IMG/VR virus record: IMGVR_UViG_3300021963_000027
Span: 120,182 to 184,181 of that record
Strand: one strand, 5' to 3'
DNA length: 64,000 nucleotides
Origin: a virus
In this document: positions 8,531 through 18,189 of the stretch, in pieces
Position numbering within the stretch: position 1 is the stretch's first letter
How the letters are laid out: each line of letters starts with the position of its first letter
Notes under the pieces: model-generated
The model's input: the letters and a program-made list of their open reading frames with translations, nothing else
Database searches by the model: none
What the model was told of the DNA's origin: nothing
Made by a program: the position numbers and the translations under genes

Positions 8531-8881
8531 ATGAAAGAAAAACACGTAGCAATCATTGACCAAATCGGACGTAACATCATCGGTAAACTCGTAGGTGAAA
8601 CGGAAACCACACTGACACTTAACAACCCAGTCATTCTATTCGTTCAACCAGAACAAACAGGACAGATTCAAGTTCAGAGCTTTCCAGTATTCTTCTTTGA
8701 ATTTATTAACAAGGAATTCCGTGGTCAGAATAATTGGACATACAACAAAGCTAATGTCGTGACAAGTGATGTGGTTTTGGATGATAGAATTTTGCTTCAA
8801 TATGAGAAGATTAATACTCCTCCTGTTGAACAAAATGCACCAACATCCTCACCTAAAGTTATTTCGATTGACGATCTATAA
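8531..8881 (+). CDS. Hypothetical protein, possible Sm/LSm-like fold
   Basis: IIGKL.GE...LTLNNP.IL beta pattern; upstream TTGAAA-16-TAAAAT. Confidence 0.5.
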   Translation: MKEKHVAIIDQIGRNIIGKLVGETETTLTLNNPVILFVQPEQTGQIQVQSFPVFFFEFINKEFRGQNNWTYNKANVVTSDVVLDDRILLQYEKINTPPVEQNAPTSSPKVISIDDL

Positions 8882-8882
8882 T

Positions 8883-9101
8883 ATGTCACCAGAACAATTT
8901 ACATATTGGTTGAAGGGATTTTTCGAAATCTCTGATACCAATAATTTAAGTGAGAAACAAGTTCAGATCATTCGTGATCATTTGGATTTTGTTTTCAATA
9001 AAGTGACACCTGAGAGAAGTAAAAAACCGAATTATGCGGAATTATTTGATTCCATTGTGAAACCCAAATTCCCAATTTCAAAACCTGATTTATATTGTTA
9101 A
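8883..9101 (+). CDS. Conserved phage hypothetical protein
   Basis: MSPEQFTYWLKGFFE...QVQIIRDHL..VF pattern; ATG 8883. Confidence 0.75.
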   Translation: MSPEQFTYWLKGFFEISDTNNLSEKQVQIIRDHLDFVFNKVTPERSKKPNYAELFDSIVKPKFPISKPDLYC

Positions 9102-9104
9102 TAT

Positions 9105-10223
9105 ATGGAAAAAATAGATAAAGATATTTTAGCGTCTTTGAACGCTTTGGATGATGTAGTGCCATACTCAGCATATCTGAGTGATTCAACTCTTTCCAGT
9201 GTAAATGACTGGATTGATACGGGGAGTATGGTTCTCAATGCTCTGATTTCTGGTTCGTTGTATGGTGGTATTCCAAATGGACGTATCACACAATTAGCAG
9301 GACCATCAGGTGCATTTAAAACGGGACTTGTAATGCAAATTCTGGCAAATGCTCAAAAGAAAGGCTTGATCCCTGTCATTTTTGACACGGAAGGTGCAAT
9401 TGATCCTGAGTCTGCTGCTAAATTTGGTTTGGATATTACCAAAGTCAAATATGTCGGATGTGAATCAGTGGAGCAAACACGAAATGCGATCTACAAATTC
9501 CTGAAGAGTGTTCGAGAGAAGAAACAATTCGGTAAATTTATTATCGCTATTGATTCTCTTGCGAACTTGAACTCAGAAATGGAACTGACTCGTATGGATA
9601 AGGATTCCATGTCTGCTGATATGGGAACATTTGCAAAATCTGTTAAGAGTCTGTTGAAGACATGCACCAACATGTCAACTCTCACCAAGACTCCTATTCT
9701 GATTACTAACCATGTCTATGACGATCCGAGTGCAATGTATCCATCTCTTGAGAAGAATATGCCAGGTGGTAAAGCAGCAGTGTATCTACCCTCTGTCACT
9801 ATTCAACTTGCTAGAAAATTGGTAAAAGATGCTGATAATAAGCAAGTTAGTGATAAATTGGCTGCATCGCAGAAGAATTATTCAGGTGTTGTTATCCGTG
9901 CTTTGACAGTTAAGAATCGCTTTATCAAGCAATACCTTGAAGGTGAGTTCTATCTGTCCTTTAGCAAGGGGTTGGATAAGTATTACGGCTTGCTTGATAT
10001 CATGAAAGGTATGGGAGTAGTCGATAATTCAGGTTCTTCCTATACCGATTGGACAGGAGACAAGCTTGGATACTATAAAGTATGGAGTAAAGATATTGGT
10101 CTATGGGAAAATAAATTGCTTCCCGAACTTGAGAAACGAATCAAAGAGCATTGGGCTTATGGCTCATCTCCTGATGACGATAATCTGATCGAATTGGAAG
10201 AAGATAACGAGATTGATGGATAA
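9105..10223 (+). CDS. uvsX: UvsX/RecA-like recombinase
   Basis: IDTGS..LNALISG, Walker A GPSGAFKT, FDTEG, IIAIDSL, ITNHVY, GGK. Confidence 0.95.
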   Translation: MEKIDKDILASLNALDDVVPYSAYLSDSTLSSVNDWIDTGSMVLNALISGSLYGGIPNGRITQLAGPSGAFKTGLVMQILANAQKKGLIPVIFDTEGAIDPESAAKFGLDITKVKYVGCESVEQTRNAIYKFLKSVREKKQFGKFIIAIDSLANLNSEMELTRMDKDSMSADMGTFAKSVKSLLKTCTNMSTLTKTPILITNHVYDDPSAMYPSLEKNMPGGKAAVYLPSVTIQLARKLVKDADNKQVSDKLAASQKNYSGVVIRALTVKNRFIKQYLEGEFYLSFSKGLDKYYGLLDIMKGMGVVDNSGSSYTDWTGDKLGYYKVWSKDIGLWENKLLPELEKRIKEHWAYGSSPDDDNLIELEEDNEIDG

Positions 10224-10236
10224 AACAATTTCAATT

Positions 10237-10264
10237 AATGCCACTGAGTTTTCTCAGTGGCATT
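10237..10264. terminator. Probable bidirectional terminator
   Basis: Perfect 12-bp stem AATGCCACTGAG-TTTT-CTCAGTGGCATT between the convergent uvsX and mom genes. Confidence 0.8.
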
Positions 10265-10288
10265 TCACTTGTAATCATTTTATGAACC

Positions 10289-10930
10289 TCAATCACTATT
10301 AAGATTATCTTTCGGATAAGGCATTGGTTTATGCTTTAGTTCCCTTATTATCTTTTTACGATCTTTTTTATGTAAAATATAAATATATCTATGTTTTTTC
10401 TTAATTTTAACCCGTTCATAGTTAGGGTCAATTTTGAGAAGTTCTTCAGTTTTAATTGTTTTATATACAACACAAACACTTCTTGGGTTTGTAAGTTTTC
10501 CATGTATTTTGTGTAGATATCCATTTCCAGTCGCGATTTTATTACCTTGATACAACCAATTTGTCGCTTGGTAGATAATGCCTAAATGATTATATGTTGC
10601 GTCAGAATAACTGATTAAAACTTTAATATCAGTATTTTTTCTCAACCAATCAAAAGTTTTACCTATAAAATAGCTTTCACTATTTTTTGGTGCTTCGTCT
10701 ACGAGCCATAATCTTTTTAATTCTAAAACATCTTTATTCTCTAAATTGGGTGTGATGGATTTGACAGTTTGCCTCCCAACAGGGAAACCATACACTGCAA
10801 CACCTATTAAATTTTCCCCGTCGAATAATCCCAACGTGTATCTAGAAGGTGTCCATGCGTGTGAATAATGATTTTCTTTTATTAGCTTTTTAGCTAATTC
10901 TTTATCTATCAAATCTATCGTGTAATCCAT
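10289..10930 (-). CDS. mom: Mom-family (GNAT fold) DNA modification protein
   Basis: HYSH, LGLF..LIGVAVYG.P, LELKRLW, NSESYFI, ISYSD...H.GIIYQATNWLYQG. Confidence 0.85.
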   Translation of the reverse strand: MDYTIDLIDKELAKKLIKENHYSHAWTPSRYTLGLFDGENLIGVAVYGFPVGRQTVKSITPNLENKDVLELKRLWLVDEAPKNSESYFIGKTFDWLRKNTDIKVLISYSDATYNHLGIIYQATNWLYQGNKIATGNGYLHKIHGKLTNPRSVCVVYKTIKTEELLKIDPNYERVKIKKKHRYIYILHKKDRKKIIRELKHKPMPYPKDNLNSD

Positions 10931-10938
10931 AATTCGAT

Positions 10939-12573
10939 TTATTGCTCATTTAGCCATAACCAATGAGCATAATTTTTAGGCTTTTTAAACCCTCGATCAA
11001 CGAATTTACCTGTATTATCTGAGAATCCGTCTTTATAGACTTGTTCTGTCATGTAACTCATAACATTTTCCTCATCTTCGGGATTATTTTTTTTGAGTTT
11101 TTTTAGATATTTGGACACAGCATTAATTTTTTCGTAATCTGGATCATCGACATCCATCATTTCTCTTAATTTTTCTTCAACTTCTGGTGCTGACAATCCA
11201 GCAACTTCATTTTCAATATTAATCTTCGGTTTCTTTACACCTTTTTCCTTTAATTTTTTTTCAGCTTCCCATTTCTTAGCTTGTTTTTCGTATTCCCCTT
11301 GTCTTATATTTTTAATGTCTTCTCTAGATTGAGCTTGATCCGCTTTTTCTGCATCTCTTGAGCTTTTAGAAACGATAGTTTGTTGTAAATTGGATGCGCC
11401 ATTTCTCCATGCTTTTAAAATTTCTTTTTCTTCTGGAGTAATATTCCCTTGTTCGATCATATGGTTTAATAAATCATCATCCAATGAATCATAAATGGTT
11501 TGATATCTATCTGCTTTTAATCCTGCATCATCATCTGTCGATTCAAATTCGTAATTTTGATTGTAATTTTTTAAAACAATATCAGAAACCTTACCCATAA
11601 CTCTCGGAACAATTTTTTCAATTTGTTCCTTTGGAATAGGTTGCCCATTTTGGATGGAAATGTTGATACTGTTAAGCATGGATTCAAATACGGATTTATC
11701 AACATCCGTTAATCTGTTTTGTTCATCGGAAAGAAAATCCATTCGACTCATATTTTTGACCAAATCTCTTCTATATTCCACCAAATCTTCAATAGTGTTT
11801 TTGAATATTTTCAAATCAAACAAATCATCCTTTTTAAGTTGAGTGTCTTGTCTCTCCAATGATCTCTCCGAATGATAAATGGACATGAGAAGACCTTTTG
11901 GTATGTTCTTACTTTTTCGGAGTCTTTGTATAATACCCTTTGCTTTATTTTGAATTTCGTAGAAATTACCTAAATCCATGCCAAGTAGTTCCTCTTTTCG
12001 GTTTATCATTCCTGATGCAAAATTGGAACTACCACCTTTAAAAAGGTGTTTGTTGAAATATGCGTCAATATTAGCATCATCCATTACTTTGCTTGTAAAT
12101 TTTTTGGATAATGCTTTTTCTTCATATGCTCTCACCATCAGAGATAACATATAATCTTGTTGTTTAGGAGTGGTGTCTGCCCATTTTCCAGCAAGTTCGG
12201 CATATCCTGGTGTGAATTCTCTCATTCTTTTGTCACCTATTTTAAGCCTTTCAATTCTTTCGTCTGGAGAAATATCTCTGATTGCTAAATTGCGAACATT
12301 AGCCTCAAATCCCTTACTTTTATTAATTCCAATTGCAGCAAGTTCTTCTTTTGAGAGAAAATCGAATAACATACGACTGATATATTCTATTCGTTTATCT
12401 GCACGAGTTTTTGGGATAGGTGAGGCTTTTGGATGCTTTGCCATTTTGTCTTGTAATTCCAAATAGAAGTTCCTGAATTCTGGAAAATTGGTATTCCAGA
12501 ATTCACTTTTTAGACCCATTTCATTCAACATTTGAACTTTCTCCACTAAATAATCGAATCCGTAATTTCTCAT
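10939..12573 (-). CDS. Large hypothetical protein, possible internal head protein
   Basis: Start MRNYGF (12573) follows TAAATA; MLNE motif; charged and helical. Confidence 0.75.
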   Translation of the reverse strand: MRNYGFDYLVEKVQMLNEMGLKSEFWNTNFPEFRNFYLELQDKMAKHPKASPIPKTRADKRIEYISRMLFDFLSKEELAAIGINKSKGFEANVRNLAIRDISPDERIERLKIGDKRMREFTPGYAELAGKWADTTPKQQDYMLSLMVRAYEEKALSKKFTSKVMDDANIDAYFNKHLFKGGSSNFASGMINRKEELLGMDLGNFYEIQNKAKGIIQRLRKSKNIPKGLLMSIYHSERSLERQDTQLKKDDLFDLKIFKNTIEDLVEYRRDLVKNMSRMDFLSDEQNRLTDVDKSVFESMLNSINISIQNGQPIPKEQIEKIVPRVMGKVSDIVLKNYNQNYEFESTDDDAGLKADRYQTIYDSLDDDLLNHMIEQGNITPEEKEILKAWRNGASNLQQTIVSKSSRDAEKADQAQSREDIKNIRQGEYEKQAKKWEAEKKLKEKGVKKPKINIENEVAGLSAPEVEEKLREMMDVDDPDYEKINAVSKYLKKLKKNNPEDEENVMSYMTEQVYKDGFSDNTGKFVDRGFKKPKNYAHWLWLNEQ

Positions 12574-12577
12574 ACTC

Positions 12578-13300
12578 TTATTTAGTATTGGTTTCTTTTT
12601 TTTGTCTACTATTAGGCTCCCATCTAGGCTCATTCGTATCCATCAACTCAAAAATTTTTTTCCTGTATACTGGATTTAAATCTAAAAAACGTTCAACCAT
12701 CACTGCCCACATTTCATAGTAATCTTTCAAACCATAAGAACGAGGAAACTCGATCAATTTTGCTAAATCATCTCTCAACGCTTTATCACTTTTTAATTTT
12801 GGATCATTATTTGTTAATTGACGATAAAATTTTTTAATTGCTGTGAAAAAAGATTCTCCTTTATTAAACATCCAAATATGACCCCACTCATGAATAATTG
12901 TTTTTACCAATTGATCATAAATTTGTTTATTTTTTAATTGTAAACCAAGTAAAAATTTTGTATCGAGGGTGATGTATTTTAAGTCTTTGTAATTCTTATC
13001 TTTTCCATATTTTTTCTTTCGAGGATCACCAAATGCTTCTCCTGCTTCATCTTTATCAGATGATTTCTTAAACACAGCATTCACATGCATTGACTGAAAT
13101 CCAATTTTGTTGATATGTGTTTTTGCTTCTTTAAATGCTCTTGCAACTTCATTCCACAATTCCATATTCTTAACATTTTGCACTTTGGAATCTAAAAAAA
13201 TTGAAAACATTGGAACATCCAGTTTATGGATAACTTCGGAAGATTTTCGGAATCTACCCTCAGTCAAAACTTTCTCAAATAACTTATCAAATTCGTTCAT
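12578..13300 (-). CDS. Putative zincin metallopeptidase-like protein
   Basis: TIIHEWGH (HExxH) plus downstream EMWAVMVE; start MNEFDKLFEKVLTE follows TAAATA. Confidence 0.6.
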   Translation of the reverse strand: MNEFDKLFEKVLTEGRFRKSSEVIHKLDVPMFSIFLDSKVQNVKNMELWNEVARAFKEAKTHINKIGFQSMHVNAVFKKSSDKDEAGEAFGDPRKKKYGKDKNYKDLKYITLDTKFLLGLQLKNKQIYDQLVKTIIHEWGHIWMFNKGESFFTAIKKFYRQLTNNDPKLKSDKALRDDLAKLIEFPRSYGLKDYYEMWAVMVERFLDLNPVYRKKIFELMDTNEPRWEPNSRQKKETNTK

Positions 13301-13350
13301 CTTAATATTTAATTGATTGACACTTATAGTATCCATGTTAAGGTAATCCC

Positions 13351-14019
13351 ATGTCAAATTCTAATATTTGTATTTGCACCGCGACAAAACGTGGTGATTG
13401 GGGATTTCCACTTACCAAAAGTCTTATAGAACATGGTTTAGATGGGTTTACACACACTATCTTAAACAATAAGAAGGGATTAGCAGAAGTCTATAATAAT
13501 TGTCTTGATTTAGCAATCCAAAAAAAATTTGATTACATTATGTTTATTCATGATGATGTTCATCTGGAACATGATCCTCGTCCAAATTTGGAGAGAGCGT
13601 TCAAAGATTTTGATATCGTGGGTGTGGCGGGATGCTCTAGGGCTGAAATCAAGTCTCCTGCGCTTTGGCATCTAATGGGGGGTGGATTTGGTGGTAATCT
13701 ACACGGTGCAGTGGCTCATGGCAATGCTGATAGAAAACACATGACAAGCTTCGGTGTGTATCCTCATCGAGTGGTGATGATCGATGGTGTTTTCATGGCA
13801 TTCAATCGTAAAGCTATTGAGACAGTGAGGTTCGATGAGGATTGTCCATCGGGTTTCCATTTTTACGATCTTTGCATGTGTGCTAGAGCTTTAGAAAAAG
13901 GCTTGAAAATTGGTGTGGGGGATGTTATGATTACTCACGAATCACCAGGACTGAGAGAATTTACAGAAGACTGGAAAGCTGGTGAGTCTTATTATCTCTC
14001 CAAATATGGAAACGCATGA
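13351..14019 (+). CDS. GT-A (GT2-like) glycosyltransferase
   Basis: GLAEVYN, FIHDDV, IVGVAG, IDGVFMA, FDE..FHFYD. Confidence 0.85.
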   Translation: MSNSNICICTATKRGDWGFPLTKSLIEHGLDGFTHTILNNKKGLAEVYNNCLDLAIQKKFDYIMFIHDDVHLEHDPRPNLERAFKDFDIVGVAGCSRAEIKSPALWHLMGGGFGGNLHGAVAHGNADRKHMTSFGVYPHRVVMIDGVFMAFNRKAIETVRFDEDCPSGFHFYDLCMCARALEKGLKIGVGDVMITHESPGLREFTEDWKAGESYYLSKYGNA

Positions 14020-15332
14020 GTGAAATTGATTTTGATTATTTTGAAAAGGTTCTGGTGAAGAACGCGATCACGAATGGTGCTTATCTGGCATCTATCGCTG
14101 ATTACGTTCAACCGAAGTATTTTACGGACAAGAATATTGCGAAATATTTTGAGATTGTTGCTGATTTCTATGAAAAGCGACAAGCTATCCCTACATTTAC
14201 AGAGGTGAAGACATATCTCACCACAGATGAACTCAAATCCAACTTCAAGAAGTTGATCGAGTCATTCAAAGAGATTGATTCCAACCACAATGAGGATGAA
14301 TTGTATGAGAATACTGAAAGATTCCTCAAGGAAAGGGGTATGTATCACTCCATTTTGGAGTCCGCAGAGGCAATTTCCGAAGGAGAAGCTGATACTGCTG
14401 AGATCGTAGAGAAATTTGAGAAGATTGCTGGTATCAACCTCAATGTTGATAAGGGAATTGAGCTTTATGGTGATGTTGAAAAGGTCATTGATGACATTTT
14501 GAGTGACGAAAATACCATTTCTTCCAAATGGGCATGGTTAGATGAAGCACTTGGGGGTGGATTTCAAGAAGCTGGTAAGGCGTTGTATGTGTTTGCTGGT
14601 CAATCCAACATTGGTAAGAGTATCTTCCTTGGTAATGTGGCTGCAAACATCGCATCACAGGGTAAGCATGTGCTTGTAGTGACTCTGGAGATGTCTGAGA
14701 CACTCTATGCTAAGAGAATCGCGTCGAATGTGACGAAGATTCCCATGAAGGAGTTCCGTAATTGTGTCCCAACGCTTCGACATGCCCTTGAACAAGAGCA
14801 TAAGAACACTGATGGACGCATTTATATCAAAGAATTCCCCCCATCTACGATTACACCTAAGCAATTAGGAGCTTTCATCAAGAAAATGAAGGATTCTGGT
14901 ATCAGAATTGATGCTATTGTGCTTGATTACATCACTTTGATGACTGCTGCTGGTAGTAACAGCTATGAAAAGGGTAAAAACATCTGCGAACAAGTTAGAG
15001 CATTGTCTTATGTCTATAAATGCCCTATTATTTCAGCTTGTCAGTTGAATAGATCTGCTGTCGGACAGAATAACCCTGATATGTCGGGTGTTGCTGAGTC
15101 ATTAGCAATCGTTATGACTGCTGATGTGATTACATCTATCTTCCAGAACGAAGAAGACCAAGAAATGGCAGTAATTCGTCTAGGAATGATGAAAAATAGG
15201 TTCGGACCAAGAGGAATGACGCAAGCCATGAGAATCGATTACCCAACGCTTAGTATATACCAATCGGATGACGATGAAGAAGAGTTGATGAATGATGATG
15301 AACTTAGCCTCCTTGAGAAATTAAGCGACTGA
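14016..15332 (+). CDS. gp41: Replicative DnaB-like helicase
   Basis: Walker A GQSNIGKS, VTLEMSE, IVLDY, SACQLNR, KNRFG. Confidence 0.95.
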   Translation: MSEIDFDYFEKVLVKNAITNGAYLASIADYVQPKYFTDKNIAKYFEIVADFYEKRQAIPTFTEVKTYLTTDELKSNFKKLIESFKEIDSNHNEDELYENTERFLKERGMYHSILESAEAISEGEADTAEIVEKFEKIAGINLNVDKGIELYGDVEKVIDDILSDENTISSKWAWLDEALGGGFQEAGKALYVFAGQSNIGKSIFLGNVAANIASQGKHVLVVTLEMSETLYAKRIASNVTKIPMKEFRNCVPTLRHALEQEHKNTDGRIYIKEFPPSTITPKQLGAFIKKMKDSGIRIDAIVLDYITLMTAAGSNSYEKGKNICEQVRALSYVYKCPIISACQLNRSAVGQNNPDMSGVAESLAIVMTADVITSIFQNEEDQEMAVIRLGMMKNRFGPRGMTQAMRIDYPTLSIYQSDDDEEELMNDDELSLLEKLSD

Positions 15333-16228
15333 TGAATACTCTTGACAAATTTATAAAAAATTGTAGGTATGACATGTCAAAGTGTTTTGCTTGGGTCAAT
15401 AGTGATTTGGATGGTATCGGTTCTACCGTCCTTTTGGGTAATTTGTTTAAGAATTTCGAGTATCGCCACTGCTTCTTTGGTAAATTTGAGGAGCAATACT
15501 TACCTTGGGCTAAAGAAAATGCGGAGGATTATGAAAAAATCTTCGTGGTTGGTATGGTTTTGGATCAGAATTTGATTAAAAAGATCGATGATCATCGTGT
15601 GGTATTCGTTTCCGACCGTCCCGAAGACTTTAAAGTGTGGGATTCCACCATGATTCAAGAGGAATGCTCGTCTTGCACCAAGATGTTATATAAAAAGTTC
15701 AAAGAAAAGGTGGAATTTACCAAAAATTTGAAGAAATTCTTCCTTTACGTCGATGATTACAATTCCTACGACTTAAAACACGAGGAAACCAAGTATTTGA
15801 ACGCTCTTTACCGCAAATCGGGAGGAAATCGCTTTGTTAATTTTGTAAATCGTTTCTGGAATGGGTTCGACGGGTTCACCACAACAGAAGTTAAGCTTGC
15901 GGAAGGATTTTTTGAAGAATTGGAGAAGGAATTGGAACACATTACTCTATATTCAGGAGAATGGGATGGATTCAAGGTGATTTCCACCATTTCTAAGTTC
16001 TCTGTAAATGAATTAAGCCACTCCATCATGGAAAATTATCAAGGAGACGCTGTGATCGTCATGAATCCCGACACACAATTCGTATCTTTCCGCAAATATA
16101 AGGGATCGGAGGTTGACATTGCTAAAATGGCTGCTAATCTGTGTGACGGTGGTGGCGGTGAATGGGCATCAGGAGGTAAAATCACCAAAGAATTTTTGAA
16201 ATTCAGCGAAACATTGAAGGAATTATGA
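15332..16228 (+). CDS. DHH/DHHA1-fold protein with degenerate catalytic motifs
   Basis: NSDLDG motif I and C-terminal DHHA1 SFR...GGGG..ASG are present; DHH is replaced by DRP. The start could be 15374. Confidence 0.75.
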   Translation: MNTLDKFIKNCRYDMSKCFAWVNSDLDGIGSTVLLGNLFKNFEYRHCFFGKFEEQYLPWAKENAEDYEKIFVVGMVLDQNLIKKIDDHRVVFVSDRPEDFKVWDSTMIQEECSSCTKMLYKKFKEKVEFTKNLKKFFLYVDDYNSYDLKHEETKYLNALYRKSGGNRFVNFVNRFWNGFDGFTTTEVKLAEGFFEELEKELEHITLYSGEWDGFKVISTISKFSVNELSHSIMENYQGDAVIVMNPDTQFVSFRKYKGSEVDIAKMAANLCDGGGGEWASGGKITKEFLKFSETLKEL

Positions 16229-16761
16229 AACGTAGAACATTTTTAGGAGCATTGGGAGCTTTGTTTCTCCCCACCGTAGCAGTAGCGAAAACAATCGTCG
16301 AAAATAAAATCACTCCTCCGACAGAGGAAGAGGATTTTTGTCAATTCTTTTTGAATTTTAATGGATTTCCTATTATTGAGATGCAGAAAATTATGTTCAA
16401 TTTTTATAAAAACGGATTCACTGCGGATGCTTACGGGCGACAAATTTTTGGTGTATCCACGTTCATGCTTACATTAGCAGCATGGGAAGCATTTAGAGGT
16501 AAAACAGTTGTCCATTTTTCATCGAATCAATATTTACGTGATAGAGTTAAAAGAAAATTCCATCAAAATATTGATAAACATTTTGATGGTAAATCTCCAA
16601 GTATCGATTTTGGTAACATCGAATCAAAAAATATGGGATGTATAATGAAGAAATATGACGTAGCATTATTGGATCAATCTGGCCCATATTATCATGAAGC
16701 TTGGTCTGCCATCGCCCCGTCAGTTAAAAAACATTTACTATTAAAAACATATGAGCTTTGA
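16225..16761 (+). CDS. Degenerate terminase-ATPase-like protein with twin-arginine-like N-terminus
   Basis: MKRRTFLG...AVA leader; GRQIFGVST and ALLDQ align by eye with gp17 SRQSGKTT and LLLDE. Confidence 0.5.
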   Translation: MKRRTFLGALGALFLPTVAVAKTIVENKITPPTEEEDFCQFFLNFNGFPIIEMQKIMFNFYKNGFTADAYGRQIFGVSTFMLTLAAWEAFRGKTVVHFSSNQYLRDRVKRKFHQNIDKHFDGKSPSIDFGNIESKNMGCIMKKYDVALLDQSGPYYHEAWSAIAPSVKKHLLLKTYEL

Positions 16762-17035
16762 TCCATCATCAGAAATTGTGGAAGAGGAAACAAATCACCT
16801 CTTCCTTTGCTATTGTTCCTTTATAAATCATCTTAAAGGAAAAAAATTATCCATTCAGAATGTTTTCGTGACTACTCTCCAAGAGGAAAGGCTAAAAACA
16901 ATTTTGAAAACCATTTTATCTCTTGACTCTGACCAAGAACTTGTTAAAGTGTTTCTAGATTATGATCCTACTATTTCACGTAGTAAGTTCATCACGAAAT
17001 ACATTAATTCAGAGCAGAAAAAGAGAAAGAAATGA
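16751..17035 (+). CDS. Hypothetical protein
   Basis: 94-aa ORF overlapping its neighbours in an operon. Confidence 0.75.
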   Translation: MSFDPSSEIVEEETNHLFLCYCSFINHLKGKKLSIQNVFVTTLQEERLKTILKTILSLDSDQELVKVFLDYDPTISRSKFITKYINSEQKKRKK

Positions 17036-17331
17036 AATATACTTACAGTATACAGAGTCCATGGTTAAATGATTGGAACTCATTTATTAAAAATGAAGTG
17101 AAATCATACTGTGATGGCTACATGGATGCCATGAAAGGAGAAATGCCACGAATTCACCTGAGAATGGTTAGATCGGATGGTAAGATTATCAGAGAAATAA
17201 CGGAATACGATGATGTTGGTATCGGCATGATCGCTGGATTTCCTACTGCGGAACAATACGAACGGGCTGCTGAGAGGGCATTGGAGAGAGCTAAGAAGAT
17301 CAGAGAGAATCAGGAGAAGAATAGACGATAA
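17032..17331 (+). CDS. Hypothetical protein
   Basis: 99-aa ORF with ATGA overlap. Confidence 0.7.
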   Translation: MKYTYSIQSPWLNDWNSFIKNEVKSYCDGYMDAMKGEMPRIHLRMVRSDGKIIREITEYDDVGIGMIAGFPTAEQYERAAERALERAKKIRENQEKNRR

Positions 17332-17556
17332 ATGTATCACGATGAAACAGAAAAGGATAAGGTGAAAGGTATGACATACCGAACATTCAATGCTTGGAAA
17401 TCTTGGGGGTTTAAAATCAAAAAGGGTGAAAAATCTCATTACAGACACCCAATGTTTGGTAGTATGTTTTCATCGGATCAAGTATATAATCCAGAAACTC
17501 GTTGTTATTCGGTTGGTAAAGAATTAAATTATCTATCAAAATATGGTGATATCTGA
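17332..17556 (+). CDS. Small protein with ArdC-N-like motif
   Basis: YRTFNAWKSWGFKIKKGEKS resembles the TFxQW..G..VKKGEK motif. Confidence 0.45.
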   Translation: MYHDETEKDKVKGMTYRTFNAWKSWGFKIKKGEKSHYRHPMFGSMFSSDQVYNPETRCYSVGKELNYLSKYGDI

Positions 17557-18175
17557 TTTTCAAAAAAGAATTTACAACTCCCATCTCGCCATCTCCCGCA
17601 AGATGCGCGACAAACCATTTCGGATTCGTAAGGATTTCTCCGACATGGATCAAACCAAGCTAGATCGTCTCGCTTCTCTGGAAAGATTTTTCAATAGTTA
17701 TCAAAATATTAAAATTGATGATTATTTCGCTGCCCCTTACGCAATTTTTGAGGATGATGACTATTTTGATTTGGATTTTTACTTGACTTCCAAAGCAAAG
17801 AAGGCATACTCTCAATACATGAAGAAAATTGAGATGGATGATCCTGATTCGGAGAGTTCCCTCAATCGATTGGTGGATAGTCTTAAATTTGTCAAAAATT
17901 TCTGCAAAGAAAAAAACTTGACTTTGAAAGAATATCCATTATATATTGAAGACGCTCTACCGAACATGATTGACCATCTGAAGAACCATCATATAAATAT
18001 GTATGCGCTTCATGCTTTAGGTGTTACAAAAATCGAGGTAGAGAATCGTATTCTGGATTTTATTTTCTCAGACTTTTGGATTTCGTTTCAAAAAACGAAG
18101 AACAAATTCTATCTGAGTAAAAAAATGAAGGAATTTTCAAAACAAGCAATTGACAAAATAACAAAACAACTATAA
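17543..18175 (+). CDS. Conserved replication-region protein, possibly a gp59-like helicase loader
   Basis: About 210 aa, directly upstream of gp32 as gene 59 is in T4; assignment by synteny and size only. Confidence 0.35.
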   Translation: MVISDFQKRIYNSHLAISRKMRDKPFRIRKDFSDMDQTKLDRLASLERFFNSYQNIKIDDYFAAPYAIFEDDDYFDLDFYLTSKAKKAYSQYMKKIEMDDPDSESSLNRLVDSLKFVKNFCKEKNLTLKEYPLYIEDALPNMIDHLKNHHINMYALHALGVTKIEVENRILDFIFSDFWISFQKTKNKFYLSKKMKEFSKQAIDKITKQL

Positions 18176-18176
18176 T
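18150..18176 (+). promoter_or_regulatory. Sigma70-like promoter for gp32
   Basis: TTGACA-15-TATAAT embedded in the end of the upstream gene; the spacer is short. Confidence 0.45.
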
Positions 18177-18189
18177 AACTAAACAACAA

